Counted from the first letter of the stretch, positions 1 to 8,406 are shown. The stretch: DNA of 64,000 bases from an uncultured Planctomycetales bacterium (GCA_964489065.1 CAZAXH010000008.1:64130-128129); one strand, 5' to 3'. Notes: generated by a model not told the origin, from the sequence alone. Numbers and translations are program-made.

Positions 1-308
1 ATTTGTGTTATCAATTTCTTGACACCATTGTAGGGGAATTAGATATGGAAAAACAGGCCCCGCCTAGCATATTTCGAAGTGACACCAAACGGTTCCCGGA
101 AAAAGCCGGGTTATCCGGGTGGGTTCCTTTGATAGAAAGCTCGGTTGTCATTCATACGTTAAGCTTGAAAAATTTTATTACAATCGATATTTATTCCTGC
201 CGGGATTTTGATGAAGTCAAAGCTTTGGAATCATCCAAAAAGTATTTCTTACCCGCTCAAGTTGAATCGCAGTTTCTTTATCGTGGGCTTGCTTATTATG
301 ATGCCTAA
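1..308 (+). CDS. S-adenosylmethionine decarboxylase-like proenzyme (small bacterial pyruvoyl-dependent class), 5'-truncated by the window edge
   Basis: The ORF is open to the window start. Its translation contains LIESSVVIHTLSLKNFITIDIYSCRDFD. This matches the E-S self-cleavage site followed by the IHT...D.(F/Y)(T/S)C core of the AdoMetDC family. Confidence 0.6.
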   Translation, partial: LCYQFLDTIVGELDMEKQAPPSIFRSDTKRFPEKAGLSGWVPLIESSVVIHTLSLKNFITIDIYSCRDFDEVKALESSKKYFLPAQVESQFLYRGLAYYDA

Positions 309-341
309 AACTGCTGTGTTTCAAAAAAGGTAATCGGGACT

Positions 342-944
342 TTGGATCAAGCATCGATAAATCACGAAAAATATCTAGAGAGAAAGGCCGTATACCGGAG
401 TTTTGGTTATGATGTTGATGAAGAACGGGGATTTGTCCTTAAAATGGCGCAGCCCATTCAGGGGAGGATTCTTGAAGCCGGAACCGGGAAAGGGTATTTC
501 GCTGCTCTTTTGGCACAAACCGGTCATTCATTCACCACATTCGATATATCGCAGGAAGAACAGGACTACGCAAAACTCAATCTGCGTTATTGGGGGCTTG
601 ATCACCTGGTTGATTTCCGCATTGAGGATGGCGAGGCATTGAGTTTCCCGGATCATAGTTATGATGTGATTTTCTGCGTTAATGCCCTTCATCATTTTCG
701 CAAACCCTATCAGGTGATTCATGAAATGCTTCGCGTGCTTGCGCCGGCTGGAAAGTTTGTCTTAAGTGATTTTACTGATAGAGGGTTCTCTATAATAAAG
801 AAAATTCACGCCCGGGATGGAGGCAATCACGAGACGGGAAAAGTCAGGATTGCGGATATTCAACAATATCTGCTTAATCAAAAGTTTAAAATAAAAACCG
901 CTCAAACCCGGTTCCAGGAAGTTCTTGTCGCGAGTAATGAATGA
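342..944 (+). CDS. Class I SAM-dependent methyltransferase
   Basis: It has a glycine-rich SAM loop (ILEAGTGKGYFAALLA), an acidic residue after beta-2 (TFDIS) and a post-II motif (YDVIFCVNALHHF). The start is TTG in the ORF track. Confidence 0.8.
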   Translation: MDQASINHEKYLERKAVYRSFGYDVDEERGFVLKMAQPIQGRILEAGTGKGYFAALLAQTGHSFTTFDISQEEQDYAKLNLRYWGLDHLVDFRIEDGEALSFPDHSYDVIFCVNALHHFRKPYQVIHEMLRVLAPAGKFVLSDFTDRGFSIIKKIHARDGGNHETGKVRIADIQQYLLNQKFKIKTAQTRFQEVLVASNE

Positions 945-1172
945 CGGATATTTTTCTCAGATAGCACGCCTTCTTAAAATATCAAATTTTATAAATTTGT
1001 TTTGGGTATTTTCCCACCGAGTGGGGGGAGCCGGGAGGGTTATTATAAAAGCGTAATCAAAGCCGTATTTTATAAGAACAGGCAAGTGACCCGTATCACC
1101 CCCTTTAAGAGGTGTGAACCGATAATGGCTTACGTGGAACGTCGTTGAAAGTCTGAGGAAGGGAGGAACCGG

Positions 1173-2843
1173 ATGTTAAAAGCAAGAAGATGTTTGTGCC
1201 CGTGGGTTTTAGGTTTTTTGATTATATTGTTTTTAAACGGAGTGCCGGCGCCACAAGCCCGGGCCCAAGAGAAAGCCGAGCAATCATTGTGCGCCGTTTA
1301 TATTACCGGGAACGGTTGCAGCAATTGCGCTCTAACCGACCCCGCTCTTTTTACGGAAGCAACCGTCCTTAACCCCAACCTGGTTATTTTGGAGTATGAA
1401 ATTTATAGAACCCAGCAAGACAATATGGAGGTTAAAGATCAATATTTTCAAAATTATATCCCGCGTCGAAGACCAGGCGTTCCTTTCTTGATATGGGGAG
1501 AAGGGAAAACAGCTGTAGGGCGGATTGAAGTCCTTAAAGCCGTAAAACAGCTGACCGACACCAAGGTCGTTTCCCCCTGTGCTTTGCCCGATGGTTCCAG
1601 TAAAGCCTTCGAGGAGTTGGACGTGGGGCAATTGCCTGGCCGGGTCAATATTTGGACCAAAAACCGTTTGCTTATTTCTGAAAACACCTCCCAAGAGGCA
1701 AACCCGTCTTTGCGGCGGATTGTAAAAATGCAGGACATTTCTCGGGCTTTAGAAGGGTCCCGATTTGAAACGGTGGCTCCGAAGCCTTTTGAAATTTCTC
1801 AAGGCAAAGTTGATTTTGAGTATGCGGTTAAGATCGCTGATTGGGTTTTGCAATGGAACGGCGAGCCGTTGTCAGTCAGGCGAAGCGAAAAGGATATTTC
1901 CAAAAACATCGCCGGCATATTTATGCTCTTGGTGTTATGCGGAATCCTTTTTACGTTTTTTGAAGTCGAGCGCGCCCCGGCCGGGTTCAAAATTAAGTTC
2001 CGGTTAGGGGCCAAGATGAAAGACTGTCTTACTGTCGGCGTTTCTGTCCTAGGCTTAGTGCTGTTTTTTATTTTCGCCGGGCGAATTCCCCCGGACCTCA
2101 TTGAAAAAAGCGGTTATTCCATGCCGCTGTCGGTTTTTACTTTCTTGATCGGGTTGGTCGACGGTTTTAACCCCTGTAACATGTTTGTCCTGACCTGTCT
2201 TTTGGGGCTGCTGGTTTCAACGTCAAGCACGCGTCAACGGCTTTACCTGGTGGGTTTCTGTTTCGTGTTCGTCGTTTTTCTGTTTTATTTTTTGTTCATG
2301 GCCGCCTGGTTAAATGTTTTTAAATACATGGGATTTATCACGCCCTTAAGGATTGCTTTAGCGCTGATCGCCCTGCTTGCGGGGACGATTAACTGCAAAG
2401 AGATCCTTTTCTTCAAGAAAGGCGTCAGCCTGACGATCCAGGATCAGCATAAAGGCCCTTTGTTTAAAAAAATGCGGGATTTGCGCGCGCGTATTGAGAA
2501 AGGATCTTTATTTGTTCTGCTCGGATCTGCTATCAGCCTTGCAGTATTTTCTTCATTGATTGAATTGCTGTGTACGGCAGGGTTCCCTATCATTTATACG
2601 GGAATTCTGACAGGGAAAGGGCTGAAGGATTCATTCCAGTATTACCTGTATTTAATTTATTATAACCTTGTTTATGTCCTCCCTTTGGCTGTCATTGTTT
2701 TTGTGATTATTCACACCTTCAAAGCAACCCATGTCACACAGCGCCAGGTAGAAATTATGAAGTATGTCGGAGGGATTATCATGATTCTTCTAGGGCTGGT
2801 GCTTTTGGTTAACCCGATGTTATTAGGTATAGCGGTCCAATAA
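1173..2843 (+). CDS. Thiol:disulfide membrane protein with a CcdA/DsbD-type transmembrane domain and an N-terminal exported CxxC domain
   Basis: There is an N-terminal signal/TM segment, then CAVYITGNGCSNCA (CxxC). The C-terminal polytopic region has the DGFNPC motif and a second Cys helix (LLCTAGFPIIY), both typical of DsbD_2/CcdA electron-transfer domains. Confidence 0.65.
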   Translation: MLKARRCLCPWVLGFLIILFLNGVPAPQARAQEKAEQSLCAVYITGNGCSNCALTDPALFTEATVLNPNLVILEYEIYRTQQDNMEVKDQYFQNYIPRRRPGVPFLIWGEGKTAVGRIEVLKAVKQLTDTKVVSPCALPDGSSKAFEELDVGQLPGRVNIWTKNRLLISENTSQEANPSLRRIVKMQDISRALEGSRFETVAPKPFEISQGKVDFEYAVKIADWVLQWNGEPLSVRRSEKDISKNIAGIFMLLVLCGILFTFFEVERAPAGFKIKFRLGAKMKDCLTVGVSVLGLVLFFIFAGRIPPDLIEKSGYSMPLSVFTFLIGLVDGFNPCNMFVLTCLLGLLVSTSSTRQRLYLVGFCFVFVVFLFYFLFMAAWLNVFKYMGFITPLRIALALIALLAGTINCKEILFFKKGVSLTIQDQHKGPLFKKMRDLRARIEKGSLFVLLGSAISLAVFSSLIELLCTAGFPIIYTGILTGKGLKDSFQYYLYLIYYNLVYVLPLAVIVFVIIHTFKATHVTQRQVEIMKYVGGIIMILLGLVLLVNPMLLGIAVQ

Positions 2844-2863
2844 AATAGTGAAAGAGAGCGAAC

Positions 2864-3691
2864 ATGAATCAACAAAATTCAGCAGAAGAACAAAACCGGC
2901 GCCTTGACGAAAAGATGTCGAGAATTAAGCATAAATTGATCGTTATGAGCGGAAAAGGAGGCGTGGGAAAAACATCTGTCGCGGTTAATTTGTCCTATGG
3001 ATTAGCGTTGTCCGGACAGAGGGTAGGGCTCCTGGACGTTGACCTGCACGGCCCGAATATCGCCAAAATGCTGGGCATTGAAGATGCCGTCCTTTATGCC
3101 ACGGATTCCGGCATTGAGCCCGCGGAAGTTACCAGCCATCTCAAGGCCGTGAGCTTGGCTTTAACTGGAATAGACCGTAATCAGCCGATTATTTGGCGGG
3201 GACCGATGAAAGCATCGGCGATCCGGCAATTTTTAAGTGACGTCAACTGGGGATGCCTGGATTATTTAGTGATTGATTCCCCTCCCGGGACCGGAGACGA
3301 ACCTTTGAGTGTCTGCCAACTGATCCCGGAGATCACCGGGGCCCTTGTTGTTACGACCCCTCAGGATGTGGCTGTTTTAGACGCAAGGAAAAGCGTGCTT
3401 TTCGCAAAAGAATTGAATATCCCGGTCATCGGCGTGATTGAAAACATGAGCGGTTTTATATGCCCGCATTGCCGCCAAGAAATAGATATTTTTAAAAGGG
3501 GGGGCGGGCAAAGGATCGCGGCAGAATTCAAAGTCCCTTTCCTGGGGAGCATCCCTTTGGATCCGGGACTAGTACATTTTGCGGATAGCGGCAAGCCGTT
3601 TGTTTCTTCCCGAGATCAATCCGGGGCGGCTCCGGTTTTCCTTGAAATCATCAAAAGGATTGAAACGGCGCTCGTCAAAGAGCCGGATTAG
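2864..3691 (+). CDS. apbC: Mrp/NBP35 (ApbC) family Fe-S cluster carrier ATPase
   Basis: It has the deviant Walker A SGKGGVGKTSVAVNL, DSPPGTGDE, and a CPHC motif (FICPHCRQEIDIF) characteristic of Mrp/NBP35. Confidence 0.9.
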   Translation: MNQQNSAEEQNRRLDEKMSRIKHKLIVMSGKGGVGKTSVAVNLSYGLALSGQRVGLLDVDLHGPNIAKMLGIEDAVLYATDSGIEPAEVTSHLKAVSLALTGIDRNQPIIWRGPMKASAIRQFLSDVNWGCLDYLVIDSPPGTGDEPLSVCQLIPEITGALVVTTPQDVAVLDARKSVLFAKELNIPVIGVIENMSGFICPHCRQEIDIFKRGGGQRIAAEFKVPFLGSIPLDPGLVHFADSGKPFVSSRDQSGAAPVFLEIIKRIETALVKEPD

Positions 3692-3742
3692 CCCGGAAAG
3701 TTTCCCCCCGTCAAAAACTAAAATTATACGAAGGATAAAACG

Positions 3743-4609
3743 ATGAGAACATTTGTAGAGTGTGTCCCGTATTTTCTAAAACAAGCGCTTGAGCATGGCC
3801 GCTTATTCACCGGGGACGAGATGATTCATAAAGAAATTCTGGATGAAGTGGCGCACTTGATCCCGAATTTTTCCTTGGGGTGTACTCCTCCGGAGATGGC
3901 ACGGGAAATGCATAAACTGTTTGGGAAAAAATTCGGAGGGGAAGACCTTTATAAAGAGGTCAAAGAGCAAAGTAACCGAAGAGCTATGGACTTATATCCG
4001 GAACTAAAGAAAAAAGTTTCGCGCTCTCCCGATCCCCTGTTAACCGCCGTCGAGTTGGCCATCGCGGGCAATGTTATTGATTACGCCGTAAAAAATACGC
4101 TCAATATTGAGGACGAAATTCAAAAAATGCTAGACGGGAACTTTGCCGCAGGACGGAAAGGCATTTTTGAATACGAAGAATTCCGGGAGGATTTAGCCGC
4201 GGCCGAAACGGTGCTTTATTTAGCGGATAATGCCGGTGAAATCGTTTTTGACAGGGTCCTGTTGGAGGAACTCCCCAGCCGCCAAGAAATTATTTTTGCC
4301 GTGAGGGATAAACCGGTCATTAATGATGCGCTCCTGGATGACGCCCTGTTTTGCGGGATAGATAAAATAGCCCGGGTTATTTCCAGCGGAGTCGACGTAC
4401 CTGGGACGGTTTTAAAATATTGTTCCCAAGAGTTCCTGAAAATTTTTAAGCGGGCCGACCTGATCATCAGTAAAGGACAGGGCAATTATGAAGCCCTGAG
4501 CGATCTTAATGGGAAAATCTATTTTCTTTTTAAAGTCAAGTGCCCAGTCATCGCCCGGCATTCCGGAGCAAGTCTGGGGGATATCGTTTTGAGGCGAGCT
4601 GAAACATGA
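3743..4609 (+). CDS. DUF89 / ARMT1-like damage-control phosphatase family protein
   Basis: It has the motifs LADNAGEIVFD and SKGQGNYEAL, typical of DUF89 metal-dependent phosphatases. Its stop overlaps the next start (ATGA at 4606). Confidence 0.75.
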   Translation: MRTFVECVPYFLKQALEHGRLFTGDEMIHKEILDEVAHLIPNFSLGCTPPEMAREMHKLFGKKFGGEDLYKEVKEQSNRRAMDLYPELKKKVSRSPDPLLTAVELAIAGNVIDYAVKNTLNIEDEIQKMLDGNFAAGRKGIFEYEEFREDLAAAETVLYLADNAGEIVFDRVLLEELPSRQEIIFAVRDKPVINDALLDDALFCGIDKIARVISSGVDVPGTVLKYCSQEFLKIFKRADLIISKGQGNYEALSDLNGKIYFLFKVKCPVIARHSGASLGDIVLRRAET

Positions 4610-5157
4610 TTACCAATCTTTCTTTATGTTTTAATCATGAAAGAATGGTTTCTCGCTGTAAACATTTTATTTTTAAAGATGGGTTCAATGCCGTTATCGG
4701 TCCCAACGGCTCCGGGAAAAGCACCTTATTACGGGCTGTTTATCAGTGTCGCGAATGCCGGCGCGATGAAAACGGGCCAACCCATTATCGGTATTTCAAC
4801 GGGGAAACCATGAATCCGCACAAAGCGTATAAATATTTTAAAGGACCGCCTGGGACCAGGATCCGTGCCCGGGCTTTGTTTTCGTCGCATGGAGAAACCA
4901 TGAGGGATGTATTGAGTTCTTATAATCCTCTGCCCGGGGATTGTTTTATTTTAGATGAACCGGAAACAGGGCATGACCTTCATTGGGTGCTTAAGATCCG
5001 TCAAGGACTGGATCTCTTGGTGCAAAACGGCTGTCAGGTGTTTGTATCTTCCCATCACCCGATTTTCTGGCGCCACGCTCATATTATCGAATTACAACGC
5101 AATTATCAACAGAAGGTTCTTAAAATTCTCCTCGATCAGATGAACCGGACTTCGTAA
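4606..5157 (+). CDS. Minimal ABC/SMC-like P-loop ATPase (183 aa)
   Basis: It has Walker A GPNGSGKSTLLRA, a signature-like FSSHGET, Walker B CFILDEPETGHD and an H-loop-like SSHHP. It is much shorter than a normal ABC nucleotide-binding domain. Confidence 0.6.
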   Translation: MITNLSLCFNHERMVSRCKHFIFKDGFNAVIGPNGSGKSTLLRAVYQCRECRRDENGPTHYRYFNGETMNPHKAYKYFKGPPGTRIRARALFSSHGETMRDVLSSYNPLPGDCFILDEPETGHDLHWVLKIRQGLDLLVQNGCQVFVSSHHPIFWRHAHIIELQRNYQQKVLKILLDQMNRTS

Positions 5158-5162
5158 TTTTT

Positions 5163-5179
5163 ATCCCCCAATGGGGGAT
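5163..5179. terminator. Putative bidirectional hairpin terminator between convergent genes
   Basis: ATCCCCC-AAT-GGGGGAT forms a perfect 7-bp stem with a 3-nt loop. It is flanked by AATTTTT upstream and ATTTCTTCT downstream. It sits in the 21-nt gap between the 4606..5157 (+) and 5179..5934 (-) genes. Confidence 0.45.
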
Positions 5180-5934
5180 TATTTCTTCTCGGCTTCCCAG
5201 CTCCCCGATTCAACAACAGTTTCCCCAACCTGGACTTTCCATTCTCCCTGTATCACCTTTCCGGAAATTACCCCTTCAATTTCGACAATTTCATTTTTAT
5301 CAGAGACGATGGAGTAGGCGAACAGCTCCTTATTGTTAACATATCCTTTGAATTCTTCTTCTTGCTCCCGTATTGTAATCTTTTGCCCTTCCTGGAAAAT
5401 GACAATAGTCCGTTCCTCGGCCAGGCCGGCTTCATTAAAGATTTTGAATGCCCAGTTGCCGTTAATATCAGGGATGCTGGATTCCATAGTGGCGCATTGA
5501 TCAAGCGCATCCCGACTTTTTTCGGCAATCCAACGCCCGGTATTCACAACTTCCGCATTTCTGACATCTTTCCATGTCCCGCTTAAAACGTCCCTTGATA
5601 TGACCCCATGAACTTCTGTGGTATCGCAACCTTGAGTTTTATCGCAGGGAGCCGAAAGGTGTATTTTGTTTTTGTCCATATAGCCTTCATAGGTACGTGT
5701 CCCTTCCAGTAAAGATATCAGCTGACTGGAGTCCTGGCTGATCGTCACAACAGCGCTTTTACCTACTGGCGCGCCGTTTGCATCATAAGATTTTAAAAAC
5801 CATTCTCCAGCAATGACCGGGGTCGTCTGGCGCACGCCAAGTGTGTAGCCGATTCCAAAACATAGACAACCAACGAGAAGGCCAACAGCCAGAGATGGCA
5901 AAAGGACGTTTTTTTGAAAATATTTTTTTTGCAT
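5179..5934 (-). CDS. Membrane-anchored hypothetical protein with two internal repeats
   Basis: The ORF track gives 5179..6024. I prefer the internal ATG at 5934, which gives MQKKYFQKN and is preceded by AAAGGA. One N-terminal TM helix (LLPSLAVGLLVGCLCFGIG) is followed by two copies of about 100 aa of the pattern G(E/N)W..K...(Y/F)(E/K)GY...E(V/I).GVIS...G.WK...VV..G.W.AEK. Confidence 0.6.
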   Translation of the reverse strand: MQKKYFQKNVLLPSLAVGLLVGCLCFGIGYTLGVRQTTPVIAGEWFLKSYDANGAPVGKSAVVTISQDSSQLISLLEGTRTYEGYMDKNKIHLSAPCDKTQGCDTTEVHGVISRDVLSGTWKDVRNAEVVNTGRWIAEKSRDALDQCATMESSIPDINGNWAFKIFNEAGLAEERTIVIFQEGQKITIREQEEEFKGYVNNKELFAYSIVSDKNEIVEIEGVISGKVIQGEWKVQVGETVVESGSWEAEKK

Positions 5935-6150
5935 AACAGCAATCCTTTTTATGTTTTTGATACATTTTGGGTTCAAATTTTGGATTATTATAACATGGAA
6001 AAAGGAGGGGCGGTTCAAAAACATTATTATTTCTTTCCCTTAGGGATGCTTAAAGAATGTCTTAGTTCCATTATTGATATATTCATTTAAAATATTCATA
6101 ACTAGTTATTAGTGTTTGATTTAAAATAGTTCAAAATTAGAACTATTTCC

Positions 6151-6178
6151 TTGACTTTTTGAGCCAAAATTTTAAGAT
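6151..6178 (+). promoter_or_regulatory. Candidate sigma70-type promoter for the large + strand cluster
   Basis: TTGACT (6151-6156), a 16-nt spacer, then TAAGAT (6173-6178), with GATAAT at 6176-6181 as an alternative. It lies in a sharply AT-rich 340-nt intergenic island just upstream of the first cluster gene. Confidence 0.3.
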
Positions 6179-6365
6179 AATATAAGTAGGCTGGGGCCCT
6201 TAGCCCGTTTATAGGATACCAATAAAGCAGTATCAAGGTTTGATGCTTTAATATATAATAAGTTAACATGATATATAACTATAAATTAATTCTATGTTAT
6301 ATTAATCAAATATTATGTGGACTATGTGCCCGGGATGATCCGGGAAAAAGACATAAAAACGGGGT

Positions 6366-7421
6366 ATGATAGAACATTCCAAACCGACATTGGGGCCGCG
6401 CGAGAGACAGGCGCTCCTGAAAACTCTGGCTTCCAATTATATTGCGGAAGGCCAGGAAGTGCATTGCTTTGAAAATGAGGTGGCCGCTTATATCGGTTCC
6501 CCGGGCGCTGTCGCAACGTCCACCGGAACTTTGGGGCTCCATCTCGCACTTCTTTGCCTTGATATGAAGCCAGGGGCCGAGATCATCATCCCAAGCTACA
6601 CTTGCCGCTCTGTTTTAAACGCGGTTTCCTACTGCCGGGCTAAACCGGTGGTATGTGACGTGGAGATAGAAAATTATAATTTGTCTTTTGCGGATGTAAA
6701 AAAAAAAATGACGGCTCGCACGCAAGCGATTATTGTGCCGCATATGTTCGGGTGTCCGGCGCCGATTGACCACTTTAAAACACTGGGGGTTCCTCTTATT
6801 GAAGACTGTGCGCACGCTTTGGGCACCGAATATAAAGGGCGGAAAGCGGGCTGTTGGGGCGATTTGGCCCTGCTTTCTTTTGAAGGTACAAAATATATTG
6901 TAACGGGGGAAGGGGGGATGGTCTTAGCCAACTCTGCCCGCATGCTCAAAAGGCTCCGCAAGTTGAAGGAGGGGGATTCTCCCGATCTTCCTGCGAAATA
7001 CACGTATCGTATGACGGATTTACAGGCCGCCGTGGGACGGGTTCAACTGAGCAGGCTGGAAGATTTTATTAAGAAACGCCGGAGCATCGCCCGGGTTTAT
7101 GATAAAGCCTTCGCATCTGTGACCGAAAGGCATCCGTTGGCGCACATTGACGGCCGCCATATTTACCAGCGTTACATGGTTCAGGTCCGGGGAAACATCC
7201 GTAAACTCATGGAAGATTGCCTTCGCCAGGGGATAAAAGTGAAGCAGCCGGTCAAACCTTATCCTCTGCACCGCTATCTGGGTCTTGCCGGAGGTTTATT
7301 CCCCAACACCGAGCGTATTATGCGTTCGGCGGTCTCTATCCCGATATATCCCTCGTTAACAAAAAAAGAGATTATGCATATAACACAAATACTGCCACCC
7401 TTATTCAAGCGCTATGCCTGA
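6366..7421 (+). CDS. DegT/DnrJ/EryC1/StrS-family PLP-dependent aminotransferase
   Basis: It has the typical N-terminus (KPTLGPRERQALLKTLASNYIAEGQEV..FE), a STGTLGLHLAL segment and the PLP-lysine context SFEGTKYIVTGEGG. Confidence 0.9.
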   Translation: MIEHSKPTLGPRERQALLKTLASNYIAEGQEVHCFENEVAAYIGSPGAVATSTGTLGLHLALLCLDMKPGAEIIIPSYTCRSVLNAVSYCRAKPVVCDVEIENYNLSFADVKKKMTARTQAIIVPHMFGCPAPIDHFKTLGVPLIEDCAHALGTEYKGRKAGCWGDLALLSFEGTKYIVTGEGGMVLANSARMLKRLRKLKEGDSPDLPAKYTYRMTDLQAAVGRVQLSRLEDFIKKRRSIARVYDKAFASVTERHPLAHIDGRHIYQRYMVQVRGNIRKLMEDCLRQGIKVKQPVKPYPLHRYLGLAGGLFPNTERIMRSAVSIPIYPSLTKKEIMHITQILPPLFKRYA

Positions 7422-8406
7422 TACTGAAAAAACAATTATCCCGGTTCCTGATTTGTCCCATGTTGACGCCGGCCCGTTCCCGCCCATGGTGGTTGTCGAA
7501 ATCACGAATGTCTGTAATCTGCAGTGCATCCACTGTCCGTTTTGCTATATATCAAAAGAGCCCGGGTATAAACCGTGCTATATGGCCTGGCCGCTTTATA
7601 AAAAGATCGTGGATGAGGTCGCCGGCCATCCCGGAACCATTTTTCGGCTTTTATGTGACGGAGAGCCCCTCTGCCATCCTCGGTTTATCGATATGGTCCG
7701 CTATGCTAAGACGCGGGGGGTAAGCCCGGTTAATTTTATCACCAACGGGCTTTTAATGGACGGGGCCCGGGCTGCGGCGGTGCTGGAAGCCGGAGTGGAG
7801 GCGGTTGAATTCAGCCTGGATGCGCTTAATAAGAACACATACGAGCGCATCCGGAAAGGTTCGAATTATGAAACGGTCATGCATCATGTCAAAGGCTTTA
7901 TCCGGCTGCGAGACACGTTAAAGGCTCCGACAAAAATTTTTGTCAGCATTATTGACCAGCCTGAAGCCGAAGCCGAGTTGGACGCTTTTGTCGCTTACTG
8001 GACCCCCCGTGTCGACCGGGTTATTACCCGGGCCTACACGTCCATACGGGGCCTTGTTGACCCGGCCAAGATCAAGACCGACCCGCAGATTAAACGCTGG
8101 CCCTGTCCTGACCTTTGGAGGCGTTCGTTTATCAATGTCGACGGTTTTGCCGAATTCTGCGTGGAAGATTGGCACGACCAATCCGTGGTCGGGGATATTA
8201 ACAAAACGACCCTTCAGGCCGTCTGGCAGGGTCCGGATTACGAACGGCTCCGGACCCTGCACAGGCAACGGAGGTTTCAGGAAATTCCTTATTGTGCGGG
8301 CTGTCTGGATTGGCGGGCCCGGGACTGGCATTATGATTATTTTTTGGCTTTGAGAGATACGTTAGGCTCAACGGCAGCCCCAGAGCGGCGGGAGGTGCGG
8401 CCATGA
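7414..8406 (+). CDS. Radical SAM enzyme with an abbreviated SPASM/twitch C-terminal domain
   Basis: The rSAM motif is ITNVCNLQCIHCPF (CxxxCxxC). The C-terminal part has CPDLWRRSFINVDGFAEFC (C-x12-G-x4-C) plus YCAGC. It overlaps both neighbours (7414/7421 and 8403/8406). Confidence 0.85.
   Translation: MPDTEKTIIPVPDLSHVDAGPFPPMVVVEITNVCNLQCIHCPFCYISKEPGYKPCYMAWPLYKKIVDEVAGHPGTIFRLLCDGEPLCHPRFIDMVRYAKTRGVSPVNFITNGLLMDGARAAAVLEAGVEAVEFSLDALNKNTYERIRKGSNYETVMHHVKGFIRLRDTLKAPTKIFVSIIDQPEAEAELDAFVAYWTPRVDRVITRAYTSIRGLVDPAKIKTDPQIKRWPCPDLWRRSFINVDGFAEFCVEDWHDQSVVGDINKTTLQAVWQGPDYERLRTLHRQRRFQEIPYCAGCLDWRARDWHYDYFLALRDTLGSTAAPERREVRP

Noticed and set aside
945-1172. This 228-nt leader before the CcdA/DsbD-like gene has a small hairpin (CCCAC-CGA-GTGGG), and I considered it as a possible riboswitch or ncRNA.
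   Set aside because: I cannot match it to any riboswitch consensus I know. The hairpin lacks a U-tract, and no extended conserved-looking helices are evident. Evidence is insufficient without covariance-model searches.
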